A stretch of DNA of 40,915 nt, from the NCBI GenBank assembly GCA_903858975.1, contig CAIOKW010000017.1, positions 1 through 40,915 on the forward strand, written 5' to 3'. The position numbers and the translations under genes were made by a program. This DNA comes from Oligoflexia bacterium. GTDB taxonomy: Bacteria > Bdellovibrionota > UBA1018 > CAIMNF01. Below, in pieces: positions 9,705-17,832 of the stretch. How positions within the stretch are numbered: the first letter of the stretch is position 1; each line of letters opens with the position of its first letter. The notes beneath the pieces were generated by a model. That model did not search any database. It saw only the letters and a program-made list of their open reading frames with translations, and was not told the origin of the DNA.

Positions 9705-10705
9705 GCAGACTCCAAATCAGTGATCACTGGAATTCGACTAAGATCGATGCAAGACTGCGCTCCGGATTTGATAGCGATGACCCGCCTATCTGGGAATAAA
9801 GATTTAATCTTTACTTGATCTTCATGGTTGACCAAAAATGTGCCGTGGTATTGCCAAGCAAGGTACAGAACCACCCCTGCTATATACTGCGACAATCCAT
9901 GAGTCTCCGCAAAAATAAGCATTGTTTGGACATGAGTACCAGTTGAAATCCAATCTTTGTATCGGGCAGCAAGAAGCCTACTCCCCCTTGCCTGGGAAGC
10001 TGCATACTTCCCACTGACTCCAACTGGGTTAATTCTGTAATCTAAATATACGTCTTGCAAAATGGCAGTCTTAAAAAATCTCACCCAAACTAACCAAAGA
10101 GCCATGTCCTCACAATGGGCAAAAACTGGGTCAGTTGGATATCCACCCAAAATCTCGAAAACTTCCCTTCGTGCTAGGATGCTACCATGGGGAAAGGGAC
10201 ACCACCCGCGATCGAACAATTTCAAAACTTCATCCCACGACCCACTTCGAATTTCATCACGATCATACTTGGGGTCCTCATGCAACAATCGCATCGAAGT
10301 CGCAACCAAGGTAAGCTCAGGATCGGAACGCATAAGCGCGAGCTGTGCGGCCAGCTTTCCGGGCCTCCAAACATCGTCGGCATCCAATCTAGCAATAAGT
10401 GCATACTTTGATGCCTTTAGACCAACATTTAATGCGCTGACTAATTTCTGATTGAAGGGCTGCCTAATGATTCTGACACGCGGATCAGCCAAGACAGGCA
10501 ACACGCCCTTAATGGATTCAATCGGTACCGGTGAGGCATCGTCCACCAAAATCAACTCCAGCGGCAAATCCACAGTTTGAATTAATATAGAATTGATGGC
10601 GATCGAAAGATAGCCGAGCTCTTTTTCGTTTTGCGACGACAGGTAAACGGGCATAATTGTAGAAATGCCATCCATTAAAAGAGATATTGTCCCCAAGTTT
10701 CCCAA
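9680..10705 (-). CDS. GT2 glycosyltransferase
   Basis: 341-aa ORF. Motifs: IMPVYLSS...AINSILIQT, LILVDDASP, RLDADD (DxD). The start is uncertain, with internal Met codons at 10675 and 10654. The 3' end overlaps the convergent gene by 25 nt. Confidence 0.85.
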   Translation of the reverse strand: MGNLGTISLLMDGISTIMPVYLSSQNEKELGYLSIAINSILIQTVDLPLELILVDDASPVPIESIKGVLPVLADPRVRIIRQPFNQKLVSALNVGLKASKYALIARLDADDVWRPGKLAAQLALMRSDPELTLVATSMRLLHEDPKYDRDEIRSGSWDEVLKLFDRGWCPFPHGSILARREVFEILGGYPTDPVFAHCEDMALWLVWVRFFKTAILQDVYLDYRINPVGVSGKYAASQARGSRLLAARYKDWISTGTHVQTMLIFAETHGLSQYIAGVVLYLAWQYHGTFLVNHEDQVKIKSLFPDRRVIAIKSGAQSCIDLSRIPVITDLESAYNFCCNS

Positions 10706-12236
10706 AAGTCGAGTGCTGATTCCTTCCCTTTTTATACCCTATTTACTTTGGGTTTGCATGGATCAACAAATCTGGACCTGGGATCTAGCCTGGTATGGCG
10801 AGCAAAGCCTAAGACTATTTCATTCGAATTTCCTCAAGATCCTTGATGTTGGTGAGGTAAAGGCTCCGGGACTGATGTGGCTAGGGGCAATCTCATTAGG
10901 AGTTCTTAGGGGGGTCCAAACGGAAACCGCGCTTCTTGCCGTTCCAATGCTTGGAATATTATTGTCCGCGTTCTTGACCTACTCATCGATTAGACGGTTT
11001 TCCAGCGAAGATAGCGCTGCTCCATTCCTGGGCGTAGTGATTCTGCTCGGAAGTCCGCTCGCCTTTGGAATGGGTACCCATTTTTTCACCGAAGCTCTAC
11101 AAATCTTTAGCGTAAGCATTGCGATTTACCTCTCTACCTATGATTTTTTGGACAAAGAGATAACACTATTAAAGTTCATTACGCTTATTTTCTTTGCTGA
11201 AATCGTGAAGATTAGTTCCATTATCTACCTTATTGCTCCAGGCATCGCACTTTTGTACCAAATCCGCACATCAAACGTCCCAATCATTCGACGCTCTCGA
11301 CACCAGAAAGTCGCCTGGATCGCCATATGCGGTCTAAGCGGTCTTCTGGTGACTGCTTGGTATTGGAGAAACGGGGCGAAAGTGATCGGGTTCATCAAGA
11401 GTGTCAGCACTGGAGAATATGCCCAACTCTATGGCTCCGAAGGCACCTTGATTCACAAATTAGCCATTTGGATAACTTCATTCAGTTCCGCATTGAATGC
11501 CAACGTCGCATTGATGAAATACACCCTGTTTGCAATTGCTCTTGCATTAGCAACCGCAAAGGGCCGCCTCATGACAAAAGCCAGGATCACTGGATTTATC
11601 CACCTTGCAAATATCGCGCTCGCAATATTTTTTCTCGCCAAGCAGACCAACGAAGAAACTCGCTATCTTGCCCCACTCATTCCAATGTGGGCATTCAGTG
11701 GCGCGATATTGATTGAAGGATCGAAACTCAAGATGAAAATCGCGCTCTCTCTTGTCGTCATTACCCTTGGTAACTACGCAATCCTAGTAGCCCATGTATT
11801 CAACAAAAACGTGAATTATTCCGGAAATCATTGGGCTGAGCCTTTTCACCGCTTTGCTTCTGAAAAGGCTAAGTTTCAGGAGCTTTCCGAGTCCCTTTGC
11901 ACTCAGATCGACGGTGGAACAGTGATCTTCGGTGTTGATGATTATTACTTCAATTACAATTCAGCATTATTCTATTCGAAGCTAGCCATTGGAAAGCGGG
12001 GCGAAGACTGTCGTTTCACCAAGATCGGAATCGGCACCCGAGGTTGGGTCGAATTCCTAAATGACATCGAGGACCCAAGCACCAAAGGATTCATCACTTA
12101 TTTAAATCCCTCAAATTTAGGGAGCGATAAGCTGAACGAAAATTCCAAAGCTGCGTTGGAATTAATGACAAAACGACAGGATTTCAAGTGGACTCGTACA
12201 GAAAACTACCTCTTTGGCATTCGAAGTAAACCATGA
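10665..12236 (+). CDS. polytopic membrane protein, GT-C (ArnT/PMT-like) glycosyltransferase candidate
   Basis: 523-aa ORF with about 10 hydrophobic segments followed by a soluble C-terminal region of about 150 aa. An acidic loop motif follows the first helix (WTWDLAWYGEQSL). No polymerase or ligase motif was recognised. The start is uncertain because of a divergent overlap with the 9680-10705 ORF. Confidence 0.55.
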   Translation: MPSIKRDIVPKFPKSRVLIPSLFIPYLLWVCMDQQIWTWDLAWYGEQSLRLFHSNFLKILDVGEVKAPGLMWLGAISLGVLRGVQTETALLAVPMLGILLSAFLTYSSIRRFSSEDSAAPFLGVVILLGSPLAFGMGTHFFTEALQIFSVSIAIYLSTYDFLDKEITLLKFITLIFFAEIVKISSIIYLIAPGIALLYQIRTSNVPIIRRSRHQKVAWIAICGLSGLLVTAWYWRNGAKVIGFIKSVSTGEYAQLYGSEGTLIHKLAIWITSFSSALNANVALMKYTLFAIALALATAKGRLMTKARITGFIHLANIALAIFFLAKQTNEETRYLAPLIPMWAFSGAILIEGSKLKMKIALSLVVITLGNYAILVAHVFNKNVNYSGNHWAEPFHRFASEKAKFQELSESLCTQIDGGTVIFGVDDYYFNYNSALFYSKLAIGKRGEDCRFTKIGIGTRGWVEFLNDIEDPSTKGFITYLNPSNLGSDKLNENSKAALELMTKRQDFKWTRTENYLFGIRSKP

Positions 12237-13075
12237 CGGAATCCCAAAGAATCCTTGAAAGCATCATTAATCTCAGAAATGGTCAAACTCACTTTCAAGT
12301 CTGACTTGAGAGCCTCTACTGCATCGTACCCCCGCCAGAAGGCATTGCGCTTTTTTTGGGAAACCAATGAATGGGGGGTAGAGTTCACATTTCCCTCAAA
12401 AAACCGGTAATCACAAACAACCTTTCTCATGCCGGAAAAATCTACGGGGAATCTTGCGGCAATATTCAGGATGAAATAGTAGTCCTCGTGACTACTTAAA
12501 GGCTTTGTATAAACAATGCGTTTTCCCGATCGAGATAAATCAATCAGAAAACTGTGGATTGGAAGAAAATTTGTATTGAAGAGCTGGAAAAGTCCGCTTT
12601 TCTTGTTAAATGGCTTCTTAGAACGAAGCCGCCACTTACCATTTGCGCTTTTACTGTAAAATGCACGAGTGCAAAGCCCAGCTGCAAGTACAGCCGCTTT
12701 GTTCTTTTGAAGTTGTCCTATCAAGTAGCGATAAGCCCAAGGCTTAAGGACATCATCATAGTCGAGGTAGCCGATATATCGACCCGTAGCCTCACGAACC
12801 CCCTTATTCAGCAAATCTCCACGCAGATCTTTCTTGTTCGCCGTGCTACGAGAGTTGAGAATTCTGTAACTGCGCCCAGAACCTGCAGGAAAGTACCTCA
12901 GACAAAGCGCGTTGATTTCTGCCTTTAAGGCACCAGTGAGATCCTGGCAGCTCAACAATATCTCGATATCTTTGTATGTTTGTTTTTTTACAGATGCCAA
13001 AGCGTCCGCTAGCAGACCAATTTCAGCACCATTATGGTATCGAACTACAACACTGACTGTTCTATTACTCTTCAA
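12206..13075 (-). CDS. GT2 glycosyltransferase
   Basis: 289-aa ORF. Motifs: VSVVVRYHNG...VKKQTYKDIEILL and YLDYDD (DxD). It overlaps rmlA by 4 nt. Confidence 0.85.
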   Translation of the reverse strand: MKSNRTVSVVVRYHNGAEIGLLADALASVKKQTYKDIEILLSCQDLTGALKAEINALCLRYFPAGSGRSYRILNSRSTANKKDLRGDLLNKGVREATGRYIGYLDYDDVLKPWAYRYLIGQLQKNKAAVLAAGLCTRAFYSKSANGKWRLRSKKPFNKKSGLFQLFNTNFLPIHSFLIDLSRSGKRIVYTKPLSSHEDYYFILNIAARFPVDFSGMRKVVCDYRFFEGNVNSTPHSLVSQKKRNAFWRGYDAVEALKSDLKVSLTISEINDAFKDSLGFRHGLLRMPKR

Positions 13076-13968
13076 ATCTCCACCTCGTCTTCGTTGACGA
13101 TTCTTTCCATGTAAGCTTTGTATGGACCCTTTGGAATCCTTTCAATGGCTTCAAGAAATTTGGTCTTGTCAATAAATCCCTTTCTGAAGCCAACCTCATG
13201 AATACATCCAACCATCAGTCCCTGTCTTTTTTGCGTGGTTGCGATCATCTGTGCCGCCTCTAGAAGCGAGTCCGGAGTCCCAGTATCCAGCCAATTCACA
13301 CCGCGGCCAATGATTCCGACTCCCAACTCATCGTCATCAAGGTAGGTCTGGATCAAATCGGTGATTTCTAATTCACCCCGCTTTGAGGGCTTTTGCTTTT
13401 TAGCCCGCTCGACACATCTAGAATCAAATACATAGAGGCCGGGTATTGCATAATTGGATTTTGGCTCCTGGGGCTTTTCCTCAATACTGATAACTTTGCC
13501 AGTCGCGCGATCAAACTCTACAACCCCGTATCGTCTTGCGTCTTCAACATAATAACCAAAGACCCTCGCCTTAAATGAACCAGATCGAGATTTATGGGCC
13601 ACGACAGCATCCTTGAAAAAAGAAATGTCTCCATAAAAGAGATTGTCGCCCAAGATGAGCGTGACATCATCCTTACCGATAAAGTCCGCACCCAGAATAA
13701 ATGCTTCAGCCAATCCATTCGGATTAGCCTGAACTTTATACTGGAGTTTCACGCCAAAATCAGAGCCATCACCAAGTAAGTTTATGATGTAGGGAGTATC
13801 CCGCTCAGTGCTGATTATGAGAATCTCATTGATCCCAGCCAACATTAGTAAACTAAGTGGGTAGAAAATCATTGGCTTGTCATAAATGGGCAAGAGTTGC
13901 TTTGAGATAATCTGCGTCATCGGATAAAGCCTAGTCCCTGAGCCTCCAGCGAGTATAATTCCCTTCAT
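13072..13968 (-). CDS. rfbA: glucose-1-phosphate thymidylyltransferase
   Basis: 298-aa ORF. It has the canonical MKGIILAGGSGTRLYPMT N-terminus, PNGLAEAF, LGDNLFYG and EKPQEPKSNYAIPGLY. Confidence 0.95.
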   Translation of the reverse strand: MKGIILAGGSGTRLYPMTQIISKQLLPIYDKPMIFYPLSLLMLAGINEILIISTERDTPYIINLLGDGSDFGVKLQYKVQANPNGLAEAFILGADFIGKDDVTLILGDNLFYGDISFFKDAVVAHKSRSGSFKARVFGYYVEDARRYGVVEFDRATGKVISIEEKPQEPKSNYAIPGLYVFDSRCVERAKKQKPSKRGELEITDLIQTYLDDDELGVGIIGRGVNWLDTGTPDSLLEAAQMIATTQKRQGLMVGCIHEVGFRKGFIDKTKFLEAIERIPKGPYKAYMERIVNEDEVEI

Positions 13969-14043
13969 AACAACCCCTTTATTTCGTTAAACAAAAGCAT
14001 TATACTATTCTAATCATAACCGTCAATCAGGGAGTACAAACGG

Positions 14044-15360
14044 ATGGGTCTAGCCGGTTACCTCAAAAGCCAACTTTTATTTCCTTTAGCGGAAGCCAAT
14101 TCAAAGAGGCACATTCGAGAAAAGGTGGAAACCTTAAGGTTTGATTTAGGTCTATCCCCGATACTACGCGGAGAGCGCAAGCGGCATCAGCTCCACAGAA
14201 TACTTTGCATTGCTGGTCAAAAAGTCCCGTATTACAAAGACCTCTTCAAAACTTTGCAGTTCAGTCCCGACTTAATTTTAAATGATATCAGGCACCTGCA
14301 GGCGCTACCCTTCTTGGACAAGGAAATTATCACCGAACAGGGCAATAGAATGCTTAACGAAGATTTTGCGATCAGCGAGCTTCATGAACGAAAAACCGGG
14401 GGATCTACAGGAATTTCGACAAGAATTTATTACGACAACGAAGCCCTTGACTGGACGGCTGCAGTTAGTCGTTACGCCCAATTGGCAACCGGTAGAAGAC
14501 CGTCAGACCTCGAGCTGGTTCTGAATTCATTGCCCGGCACCGAAGGAAGCCTTAAAAACTTCTCGATTGGGCAACTCAAAGACTTAGCGATGAACCGAGT
14601 AAGCATTCAAACTCGCTCTTTGTCGGATTCTGATTTGAGTACCCTCTGGAAACGCATTTGTAAATTGCGCCCCTATTTGATTCAAGGGCACCCCTCAACA
14701 CTTTATGCTCTCGCATTGTTTGTTCAAAATTCAGGCTTGCATGTCCTGGGAGCATTTCAGGTTTTTGAATCTACTGGTGAATCCCTAGACAGCTACAAGA
14801 CCCGCACCATTAGTGAACAGCTAGGCTGCAGGATTCACAACCGTTATGGTACCGCAGAGTTTGGTGTAACTGCAGAAAGCACTGTCGATCCGACCCAGCT
14901 AGAAGTAATCGATTATATCATTCATCATGAAACCGTATCCCTCGGGAATGGTCTAGAGGAAATTATCGGAACCACTACGACGAACACAGCCATGCCGCTG
15001 ATTCGTTACCGCAGTGGCGACATCGGTGAGTTGAAGCATGAAGCGAATAAAACTCTGATTATAAACCTCCAAGGAAGAGTCCATGATTTAATTGAAATTG
15101 ATGGCAAACCTTACCCAACTCATTTCGTAAAGGGAATGCTGGATCAGATCGGCGGAGTTGATGAGTTCCAGATCGTACTCAAACGTAACGGCAACAAGAT
15201 CATGAACCTCGTGATATCAGACGAATCGAAACTGCCGCTGATAGAATCCGAAGTCAACCGATTTTCAAAAGGCTCCCTTATTGTGAGGTCTGTCAAGTTC
15301 GAAAACCTGGTTCGAGTCGGTCTGCGAGACAAGCTCCGTTACGTAGTTAAGGAAGTCTGA
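14044..15360 (+). CDS. PaaK/CapK-like adenylate-forming enzyme (phenylacetate-CoA ligase family), paralog 1
   Basis: 438-aa ORF. Motifs: VPYYKDLF, LPFLDKE, RKTGGSTG (AMP-binding-type loop), QGHPSTLYALA, RYRSGD. It is collinear with the ORF at 17829-19142. Confidence 0.85.
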   Translation: MGLAGYLKSQLLFPLAEANSKRHIREKVETLRFDLGLSPILRGERKRHQLHRILCIAGQKVPYYKDLFKTLQFSPDLILNDIRHLQALPFLDKEIITEQGNRMLNEDFAISELHERKTGGSTGISTRIYYDNEALDWTAAVSRYAQLATGRRPSDLELVLNSLPGTEGSLKNFSIGQLKDLAMNRVSIQTRSLSDSDLSTLWKRICKLRPYLIQGHPSTLYALALFVQNSGLHVLGAFQVFESTGESLDSYKTRTISEQLGCRIHNRYGTAEFGVTAESTVDPTQLEVIDYIIHHETVSLGNGLEEIIGTTTTNTAMPLIRYRSGDIGELKHEANKTLIINLQGRVHDLIEIDGKPYPTHFVKGMLDQIGGVDEFQIVLKRNGNKIMNLVISDESKLPLIESEVNRFSKGSLIVRSVKFENLVRVGLRDKLRYVVKEV

Positions 15361-16121
15361 TGAACATTGAAAGAATTAAGGACCTGGTCATAGTACTTAC
15401 TCAGAAGGAACTGAAAGCACGATACAAGAACATGAAACTCGGGTACCTATGGTCACTTGGGAATCCACTCGCCTATGGCCTAATCTACTGGCTAGTTTTC
15501 AAATATGTTATGAAGGTTAAGATCGAAGGGTTTCCTCTTTTTCTGGTTTCCGCCTTGTTTCCTTGGCAGTGGTTCGTTAATTCTATCAGCGTTTCGGCGA
15601 ATACTTTTGTAAGCAATGCTTCCCTGATCAAAAAAGTGAACTTCCCTCGGAACATACTCTCCCTAGTATCGACCGGGCAGGACCTAATTCATTTTATTGC
15701 CGCTCTTCCCATCACTTTCATCTTCATGCTGATCTATCACAAGAACTTCAGTCCGATGCTATTTATAGGCGTTCCTTTGCTTGCAATAATCCAGCTCGGC
15801 TACACCTATGGCCTTGGGCTAATGATCTCCACCATCAACATCTTTTTTCGGGATGCCGAGCGATTGATTGGTATTTTCATAACTTTTCTATTCTACCTAA
15901 CCCCTATCGTCTATTCGACAGACATGATTCCGGAGAACTTCCGACACCTAATTCCGCTTAATCCAGTTGCCCCATTGATCCTAAACTGGAGATCTCTTTT
16001 TCTAGAAGGAACTCTCAATTGGAATTATGTCGGCATCACACTCGGCTATGCAGCGCTCTTTATCATTACTGGTCACGCTATATACAGACGACTGTCCTGG
16101 AAGTTTGCGGAGTTTCTATGA
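15360..16121 (+). CDS. wzm: ABC-2 type polysaccharide export permease (Wzm/TagG/KpsM class)
   Basis: 253-aa ORF whose start overlaps the upstream stop (TGATG). It has the LKARYKNMKLGYLWSLGNPL signature and about 6 TM segments. Confidence 0.9.
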   Translation: MNIERIKDLVIVLTQKELKARYKNMKLGYLWSLGNPLAYGLIYWLVFKYVMKVKIEGFPLFLVSALFPWQWFVNSISVSANTFVSNASLIKKVNFPRNILSLVSTGQDLIHFIAALPITFIFMLIYHKNFSPMLFIGVPLLAIIQLGYTYGLGLMISTINIFFRDAERLIGIFITFLFYLTPIVYSTDMIPENFRHLIPLNPVAPLILNWRSLFLEGTLNWNYVGITLGYAALFIITGHAIYRRLSWKFAEFL

Positions 16122-16864
16122 ATAAATCCATTGCCATTCAATTCAATCGTGTAAGCAAATCATACCCAATTTACAGCCATCTTGGGGCCGGCCTAAAAGG
16201 ATTCATTTTCAATTTGCCAAAAGCCCTTAAAGGCTTGGCTCGGGAACGATTCACGGCACTTGAAAATATCAGCTTTGATATCAATCGAGGAGAAACAGTC
16301 GCCTTTATGGGAAGAAACGGGGCTGGGAAAAGCACTACTTTGGGGCTTATTGCTCAAGTCTTAAAGTCCACCAGCGGCACCGTGGCTGTGCATGGACGTG
16401 TGTCTCCTCTGTTAGAGCTGGGGGGGGGATTTCATTCCGACCTCACTGGGCGAGAAAATATTCTACTTAACGGTGTGCTTCTTGGACTCTCTCGGAAGAC
16501 AATTAAGGAAAAGGAAGATTCGATCATCGGTTTCTCGGAACTCGGTAATTTCATTGATCAGCCCATCAGAATGTACTCTTCAGGCATGCTATCTCGGCTC
16601 GGATTCTCGGTCGTTGCGCACCTTGACCCAGAAATTCTCCTCGTCGATGAAGTGCTTGCAGTTGGAGACATTGCATTTCAGGAAAAATGTAAAAATAAAA
16701 TCACAGAATTTAAGAAGAGTGGCGTGACCATCGTTCTTGTTTCGCATTCAATAGATGACGTTCGAAAGCTATGTGATCGCGTCATCTGGATCGAAAACCA
16801 CAAGATACAAATGGACGGACCCACTACTGAGGTCCTCCCAGTTTACGAAAAGTACTTTGTCTAA
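16118..16864 (+). CDS. wzt: polysaccharide ABC transporter ATP-binding protein (Wzt/TagH class), NBD only
   Basis: ATG 16118 forms an ATGA overlap with the wzm stop. Motifs: Walker A GRNGAGKST, ELGGGFH, YSSGMLSRLGFS signature, Walker B ILLVDEVLAVGD. At 248 aa there is no C-terminal carbohydrate-binding module. Confidence 0.9.
   Translation: MNKSIAIQFNRVSKSYPIYSHLGAGLKGFIFNLPKALKGLARERFTALENISFDINRGETVAFMGRNGAGKSTTLGLIAQVLKSTSGTVAVHGRVSPLLELGGGFHSDLTGRENILLNGVLLGLSRKTIKEKEDSIIGFSELGNFIDQPIRMYSSGMLSRLGFSVVAHLDPEILLVDEVLAVGDIAFQEKCKNKITEFKKSGVTIVLVSHSIDDVRKLCDRVIWIENHKIQMDGPTTEVLPVYEKYFV
16420..16428 (+). repeat. G9 homopolymer inside wzt (codons ctG GGG GGG GGa, motif ELGGGF)
   Basis: Counted directly: g at 16420 plus gggggggg at 16421-16428. 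It is the longest G/C run I found in the window. Confidence 0.9.
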
Positions 16865-17832
16865 TTAAAAAGTCGCCGATAGCCAGTGACGATTTCTTCA
16901 GCGGTTACATCCCATGAGTACTCAGAAACAACTTTAGCAGGTAATTCTGGGTTTTTGGTAGCTGCAATTCCTTCACTAAGGCCTTTGCATATTGACTCAA
17001 TGGAACGGTAATCCACATAGATGGCTTCTTTTCCGAAATATTCTTCTGCACACCCTTCGCTCGTAATCACTATTTTTGCGCCCTGTGAGGCGGCTTCGAG
17101 TGCTGCAATACCTGGAGTTTCACAAAGACTCGGTAGGGCATATACATCACATGCTGCGTATGCTGACTTCAACATATGCTCATCCTCAATAGGCCCCAAA
17201 TGCACATGGCCTGGATAGGAGTCCTTGAACTCTTCGAAATACCCAGGATCCTTGACGTGGCCAATAGTCACCAGCTGCTGCCCCAGTTCCGCACACGCCC
17301 TTGAAAGAAGCTTCGTGTTTTTCCGCCGGTCAATATTCGCAACTGAAAGTATAAATGGCTCTTTGATGTTAAATTTTGAGCGAAAAAGATCTGCCGTTCC
17401 GCGACTGGAGTATGCGACTGAAATACTGTTTCTACTTTTCAACCACTTAGCGGCATCTACTTCAAAATATGCCGAAAGATTCTTCGCTTCCATTTCAGAG
17501 TTGGGGAACAAGACGTCTGATACATCAAGAAGCTGCCGGATACGATGAAATTGATAATCGTGCTTCGGAGGGGGGGTCCACATGATCGTCGAGATTGCAA
17601 CCGGTACTCCATACTGTTTATACTTGAACACAAAGTGCTCAGTACCTTGCTCAGTCGAAAACTGGTGCGCGATATCAACGTCCATCTGTGGATTCCACTG
17701 ATCAAAAAGCAACACCTCATGCCCCATTCTCTCTAGAGCCGCTTTGGTTTGAAGTAGCTGCACCTCTCCGCCGCCCTTTTGAAACATGGCGCCCGTCCAG
17801 GTATTGAATACAATTCTCAACTTTTTCTTCAT
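16861..17832 (-). CDS. GT4 (GT1-type) glycosyltransferase
   Basis: 323-aa ORF. The E-x7-E region is LPSLCETPGIAALEAASQGAKIV. It has 4-nt overlaps with both neighbours. Confidence 0.85.
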   Translation of the reverse strand: MKKKLRIVFNTWTGAMFQKGGGEVQLLQTKAALERMGHEVLLFDQWNPQMDVDIAHQFSTEQGTEHFVFKYKQYGVPVAISTIMWTPPPKHDYQFHRIRQLLDVSDVLFPNSEMEAKNLSAYFEVDAAKWLKSRNSISVAYSSRGTADLFRSKFNIKEPFILSVANIDRRKNTKLLSRACAELGQQLVTIGHVKDPGYFEEFKDSYPGHVHLGPIEDEHMLKSAYAACDVYALPSLCETPGIAALEAASQGAKIVITSEGCAEEYFGKEAIYVDYRSIESICKGLSEGIAATKNPELPAKVVSEYSWDVTAEEIVTGYRRLFN

